Origin: Macrostomum lignano
Taxonomy: Eukaryota
Direction of reading: 5' to 3'
Assembly: GCA_002269645.1 (NCBI GenBank)
Contig: NIVC01000020.1
Coordinates: 1,302,001 to 1,366,000 of the forward strand
DNA length: 64,000 nt
This document shows positions 63,301 through 64,000 of the stretch, piece after piece. The position numbers and the translations under genes were made by a program. Within the stretch, counting starts at the first letter, position 1. Each line of letters starts with the position of its first letter. The notes under the pieces were generated by a model. It worked only from the letters and a program-made list of their open reading frames with translations. It was not told where the DNA came from and did no database searches.

Positions 63301-64000
63301 GGGACGGCTGTATGCTGATTTCCTTAGCAATAAGGCTGTCATTTGAGAGGGCTTTACATTTTAGGTTTCCAAGTTTTTTTAACAGAAGAAGAAGCGAATG
63401 TAAACATTTTCACGGTTTTCAATATTTTCTATTGATTTATTAGTCAATAAAAAGCGAGTGTTAGACGATTGGTTGGTCGCTGTTAGATTAAAAAGAAGAA
63501 AGGAACAATTTTTAAATAGAAATACTGCAGGTGCACTCGCAGAGCCCATGTCGTGCTGGCTGGGGGCGAGAACTTTGCTAACCGGACACGGGCGGATAGA
63601 AAAAGACAAATCAAGCAGCAATTCTAACGGGAAGAAGAAAAGGAGCAACACGCGGTGCTTCGAAAGAAAATCAGCATAACAAAAGCAGCTATAGTTGATA
63701 GCTAATAAATATGAATGGGATCTACAGGAAAGGTGGGACTATTTACGGCTAAGGAAGTTGGATCCCCAGTTGTCCCAAGATGCGGCAAGTGAGACGCCAG
63801 CAAAACAGAAAATTTAGGGCTTATATGCAAAAAGCGGGGAGGCAGCGGGATCGGTAAGCACAAACAAGGACACCGCTAAACCGGATTGGGCAGATTCAGT
63901 TCAAAAAGGTTGCAAGCAAAAATGAATAACATAGGAAGAAAAATGGCGGGAGGCGGGCAGTTCGACCCGGTAAAAAACGAAAAACATTAATTAAACTCAT

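Noticed and set aside
59100-63400. AT-rich region upstream of XPO1 and its short ORFs
   Set aside because: No coding bias or recognisable motif. Apart from one palindrome, no element boundaries could be supported.
63940-63949. YY1-type motif AAAATGGCGG near the window end as a defined promoter
   Set aside because: A single short motif with the downstream context cut off; it cannot be tied to a gene.

Overview
Eukaryotic (animal) genomic DNA: GC3-rich exons with GT-AG introns, and introns and intergenic space packed with minisatellites and non-autonomous DNA transposons. The style resembles a free-living flatworm such as Macrostomum (inference only). Genes: 3' part of PIGO (+); RBM15/spenito (+, 2 exons); a Pim-like kinase (-, 4 exons); an intronless CD20/MS4A-like tetraspan protein (+); an UNC93A-like MFS protein (-, 6 exons); a putative 115-aa two-exon orphan gene (-); three paralogous N/Q/G-rich micropeptide genes (+); and a complete exportin-1/CRM1 (-, 7 exons). 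The most striking unexplained signal is a 65-nt segment homologous to the 28S rRNA R2/I-PpoI target region. It occurs three times, each inside a separate TIR element with an 8-bp target-site duplication (two different TIR types). The two flanking blocks stay about 90% 28S-like. The 15-nt centre that overlaps the nuclease/retrotransposon cut site is scrambled, yet its length is exactly conserved. All coordinates and alignments were read by eye and may be off by a few bases.
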